The translations under genes were made by a program, and so were the position numbers. This document shows, one piece after another, positions 34,590 through 37,374 of a stretch of DNA of 37,374 nt (position 1 is the stretch's first letter; each line of letters starts with the position of its first letter). Source of the DNA: Acidobacteriota bacterium (lineage in GTDB: Bacteria > Acidobacteriota > Vicinamibacteria > Vicinamibacterales > CAVVIG01); contig JAHFUJ010000002.1 of NCBI GenBank assembly GCA_023265105.1, positions 16,877 to 54,250 on the forward strand, given 5' to 3'. The notes below the pieces were generated by a model. The model had not been told where the DNA came from. It was given only the letters and a program-made list of their open reading frames with translations, and ran no database searches.

Positions 34590-35788
34590 AGGGCTTTGTC
34601 GCACCTCTTCGACTCCGATCGCTCGCCGGTGGCGACGCGAGCCGCAAAGTCACCTGGCTCGAGCTGTTCTTCGATCTCATCTTCGTCGCCGCGGTCAGCC
34701 AGGTCGCGGAACCATTGCGCGAGCAGTATTCGCTCATGGGGCTCGTGCGGTTCACGCCGCTGTTCGTGCTGATCTGGTGGGCGTGGACGGGCCATGCCGT
34801 CTTCTCGACGCGCTTCGACACGGATGATGTGGTTCAGCGCGGGCTCACGCTGGTCCAGATGTTCGCCGTGGCCGCGATGGCGGCCAATGCGAAGGACGCG
34901 CTCGACAGCCGGTCCTCGGCCGGCTTCGCCGCTGCCTATGCAGCGGTGCGGTTCGTCCTCGTGGCGCAATACTTCCGCGCCCGTCAGGTACCAGACGCTC
35001 GTCCGCTGACGACGCGCTATCTCGTCGGCCACGGCAGCGCCGCCCTCTTGTGGCTGGCCTCGGCAGTCGTGCCGGCGCCCGGGCGCTTCTGGATTTGGGG
35101 CCTCGCATTTGCCATCGACCTCGGCACGCCCTGGCTGGCCGTTCCCCACAGCGTGAAAGTGCCACCGGACGCGGCCCATCTGCCGGAGCGCTTCGGACTC
35201 TTCACGCTCATTCTGCTCGGAGAATCGGTCGTCGCCGTCATGCAAGGCATGGAAAGCCAGGAGGACTGGACACTCGCGGCGGCGACGTCGGCGTTTCTGG
35301 GAATGGGCATCTCGTTTCTGATCTGGTGGTGGTATTTCGATGGCGCCTCGGGCGCGTCAGAACAGCCGGTCCGCACCCAGCGAGAAGCCGTTCGCTTTCA
35401 TATTTGGAGCTACGCCCATTTTCCCCTGTATCTCGGAATCGTCGTCGCCGGCGTCGGAGTTCAGCGAATCGTCACGGCGGCATCGCGGGCCACGCTGACG
35501 GCGACCGAGGCGACTGTTCTGACCGGTGCAATCGCCAGCGTCATGCTCGCGATGACCGCGATTGGAGCGGCGTCGGCAGGTGGACGGCGAAACGACTCGT
35601 TTGGAATCATGCAGAACGTGGCGCTTGCCGCCGCGACGCTGGCGATCGGACTGGTTGGTCATTTCGGATCGCCAGTTGGCCTGATCGTCGTGATCGCGGC
35701 GCTGTGCCTCGCGCAACTCGGTGTGTCGCTTGCGGGCGCGCCTTCAACTGGCTCGCTCGCGCACGCGGCCGTGGCTCATCACAAATGA
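34586..35788 (+). CDS. ltrA: Low temperature requirement protein A family membrane protein
   Basis: VTWLELFFDLIFV, WWAW, HLPERFGLFTLILLGE, WWWYF and YAHFPL; GTGA overlap with the spondin gene. Confidence 0.88.
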   Translation: MKGFVAPLRLRSLAGGDASRKVTWLELFFDLIFVAAVSQVAEPLREQYSLMGLVRFTPLFVLIWWAWTGHAVFSTRFDTDDVVQRGLTLVQMFAVAAMAANAKDALDSRSSAGFAAAYAAVRFVLVAQYFRARQVPDARPLTTRYLVGHGSAALLWLASAVVPAPGRFWIWGLAFAIDLGTPWLAVPHSVKVPPDAAHLPERFGLFTLILLGESVVAVMQGMESQEDWTLAAATSAFLGMGISFLIWWWYFDGASGASEQPVRTQREAVRFHIWSYAHFPLYLGIVVAGVGVQRIVTAASRATLTATEATVLTGAIASVMLAMTAIGAASAGGRRNDSFGIMQNVALAAATLAIGLVGHFGSPVGLIVVIAALCLAQLGVSLAGAPSTGSLAHAAVAHHK

Positions 35789-35925
35789 CCTGGCTGAACC
35801 ACGACTTGCTTGTGGTTGTGCTCCCTCATCCTCTGATTCTCAGCGTCCGATAAACGATTCGAGGACGCCGGAAGGGCCGCGCGGTTCGCGCGGAGGACCA
35901 CCGCTGTGAAGATTGAGGTGATGAG

Positions 35926-36669
35926 ATGACAAAGTTACTCGCGCCGATCGTTTTGGGCTTGGGCCTCGCCGTGAGCGTCGGGTGTTCGTCGGGAGGCGGG
36001 AGCGCGCAGCCGGAAGCGCGTGCTGCCGGACAGCCGGCTCCCGCTGCCACCAGCTCCCAGTCCGCCACGGGCGGGGCGGCGACGACGACCGGGCTCGCAG
36101 AGAGATCTCCGGCGGTGGTGGCCTCTGAACCGTCGAAGCCTCAGGCGCGCGAAGTGACCGTTCCCGCCGGTACGGCGTTGAACGTGGTCCTCGAAACCGC
36201 CGTGTCTTCGGATCAGAGCAACGTCGAAGACACGGTGCGGGCCAAGCTCACCAAGCCGATTGTCATCGGCGGTACGACCGTCGTCCCCCAAGGCGCTACG
36301 CTCGTTGGCGCTGTGCTCGAAGCCAATCAATCGGGCCGCGTGAAGGGCCGCGCGTCGGTGGCGTTCCGCTTCACGCAACTGCAGGTGGGGAACGAGAACC
36401 AGGCGATTCGCACGCCTCGAATCAGCCGGGAGGCCGAAGCGACCAAGAGCGACGACGCGAAGAAGATCGGTATCGGTGCAGGCGCTGGCGCGTTGATTGG
36501 CGCGGTTGCCGGTGGCAAGAAGGGAGCCGCCATCGGCGGCGCCGTTGGGGCTGGCGCTGGCACGGGCGCCGTGCTCGCGACGCGCGGCAACGAAGTTCGG
36601 CTCGGGGCCGGCACGCGGGTCACGACGGTGCTCCAGGAGCCTGTCAAGATCCTGGTGCCGATCGACTGA
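35926..36669 (+). CDS. Lipoprotein with TrbI/VirB10-like beta domain and glycine zipper
   Basis: Lipobox SVGC; VPAGTALNVVL, SGRVKGRA and GAGAGALIGAVAGGKKGAAIGG. Confidence 0.7.
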   Translation: MTKLLAPIVLGLGLAVSVGCSSGGGSAQPEARAAGQPAPAATSSQSATGGAATTTGLAERSPAVVASEPSKPQAREVTVPAGTALNVVLETAVSSDQSNVEDTVRAKLTKPIVIGGTTVVPQGATLVGAVLEANQSGRVKGRASVAFRFTQLQVGNENQAIRTPRISREAEATKSDDAKKIGIGAGAGALIGAVAGGKKGAAIGGAVGAGAGTGAVLATRGNEVRLGAGTRVTTVLQEPVKILVPID

Positions 36670-36685
36670 ATGAAGCGGCAACCGC

Positions 36686-37374
36686 TTAGTGTTTTTTCGG
36701 TCTGACCACACTGATCGTCGCGCCGCCGCTGGGCGCGGCTACGTATTCAGTATTCGCCAACAACTCGAGGTTGACCGTATAGGTGTCGGCCGCGAGCGCG
36801 ACCGTCGCACTCGCTGTGTTGTCGCTGCCCACGGTCGCTGTCACCGCGATAGCCAAGCGGTTGTTCGATCGGTAAACCGAGAACTTCACTTGTTTGCCGG
36901 GAAGCGTGTTGCCCAGGGAGCCGTCTGCCGCTTCGCCGACAGCCGCGGCAAGCGTGACGCTCGCGGTGGACGCACCTGCTGGCGTCGACGTCGTCGCAGC
37001 TGTATCTCCGGTGTACGAGAGGAACGCGTCCTCGGCGACCACCGTGAGCGTACCTGGCACGAATAACATGAATTGATAGTTGGCGGCCGTCAACGTGCCG
37101 ATCGCCGGCGAAATCGAGTACGTCCCGGGGGCGCTGGCGGTCGTGGCCGTGGTGCCGAGCGAGGGTGCGCCGCTGATCGCGCTCGCCGTATCGCCCAGCA
37201 CAAAGCCGGTAATAGAGGCTGTCAGCACGGGCACCGGATCGCTGTACTGCTTCGACTTCTGGTTCGCCGCCACCGTCAGCAGCGCCTTCGCGATGTTGAA
37301 GGTCTGCGGGACATCAGGCGCGGCCGTGTAGTTTGTATCGCCCGCCTGGGAGGCCGTGATCGTGCAGGCACCTG
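36686..37374 (-). CDS. C-terminal part of an MBG/Ig-like repeat surface protein, 5' partial
   Basis: TITASQAGDTNY..AKALLTVAA..KQYSDPVP..GTYSI..NY..GTLTV pattern; the frame continues toward the window edge. Confidence 0.7.
   Translation of the reverse strand, partial: GACTITASQAGDTNYTAAPDVPQTFNIAKALLTVAANQKSKQYSDPVPVLTASITGFVLGDTASAISGAPSLGTTATTASAPGTYSISPAIGTLTAANYQFMLFVPGTLTVVAEDAFLSYTGDTAATTSTPAGASTASVTLAAAVGEAADGSLGNTLPGKQVKFSVYRSNNRLAIAVTATVGSDNTASATVALAADTYTVNLELLANTEYVAAPSGGATISVVRPKKH

Noticed and set aside
35926-36669. Type IV secretion or conjugation system suggested by the VirB10-like domain
   Set aside because: No other T4SS genes, relaxase or coupling protein in the window; it looks like a stand-alone lipoprotein.

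Overview
GC-rich bacterial window with about 36 CDSs and no rRNA, tRNA, CRISPR, integrase or transposase recognised. Gene content and repeat style suggest Acidobacteriota (Vicinamibacteria-like), which is an inference. Most of the window reads as one co-regulated stress island. A single ECF-type promoter motif (YG[A/T]A[A/T]C[C/G/T]-N15-16-[C/A][A/G]TC, usually followed by nAA) occurs 14 times: 12 copies upstream of transcription units (including three back-to-back divergent pairs), one inside a gene, and one decayed copy. The island encodes its likely regulators: an unusual fusion of two AhpD/CMD-like domains to an ECF sigma factor, a second ECF sigma and two soluble zf-HC2 anti-sigmas. Putative targets include (i) a glucan-to-gluconate oxidation set (debranching enzyme, GH63 glucosidase, glucose 1-dehydrogenase, gluconolactonase, GMC oxidoreductase, NDH-2), (ii) a membrane-lipid set (alpha/beta-hydrolase-DedA-ATP-grasp fusion, OlsF-like acyltransferase, DedA, NRDE, DinB, DoxX) and (iii) redox/heme/envelope proteins (two DM13-like, GlcG/HbpS, cupin, YceI, Cys/His-tailed aquaporin, VOC, spondin). 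Other features are traces of a segmental duplication with reciprocal gene loss, REP-like palindromes inserted in-frame in two proteins, a frameshifted cytochrome c pseudogene and a candidate uncharacterised type II toxin-antitoxin pair. All calls come from motif recognition by eye; no searches were run.
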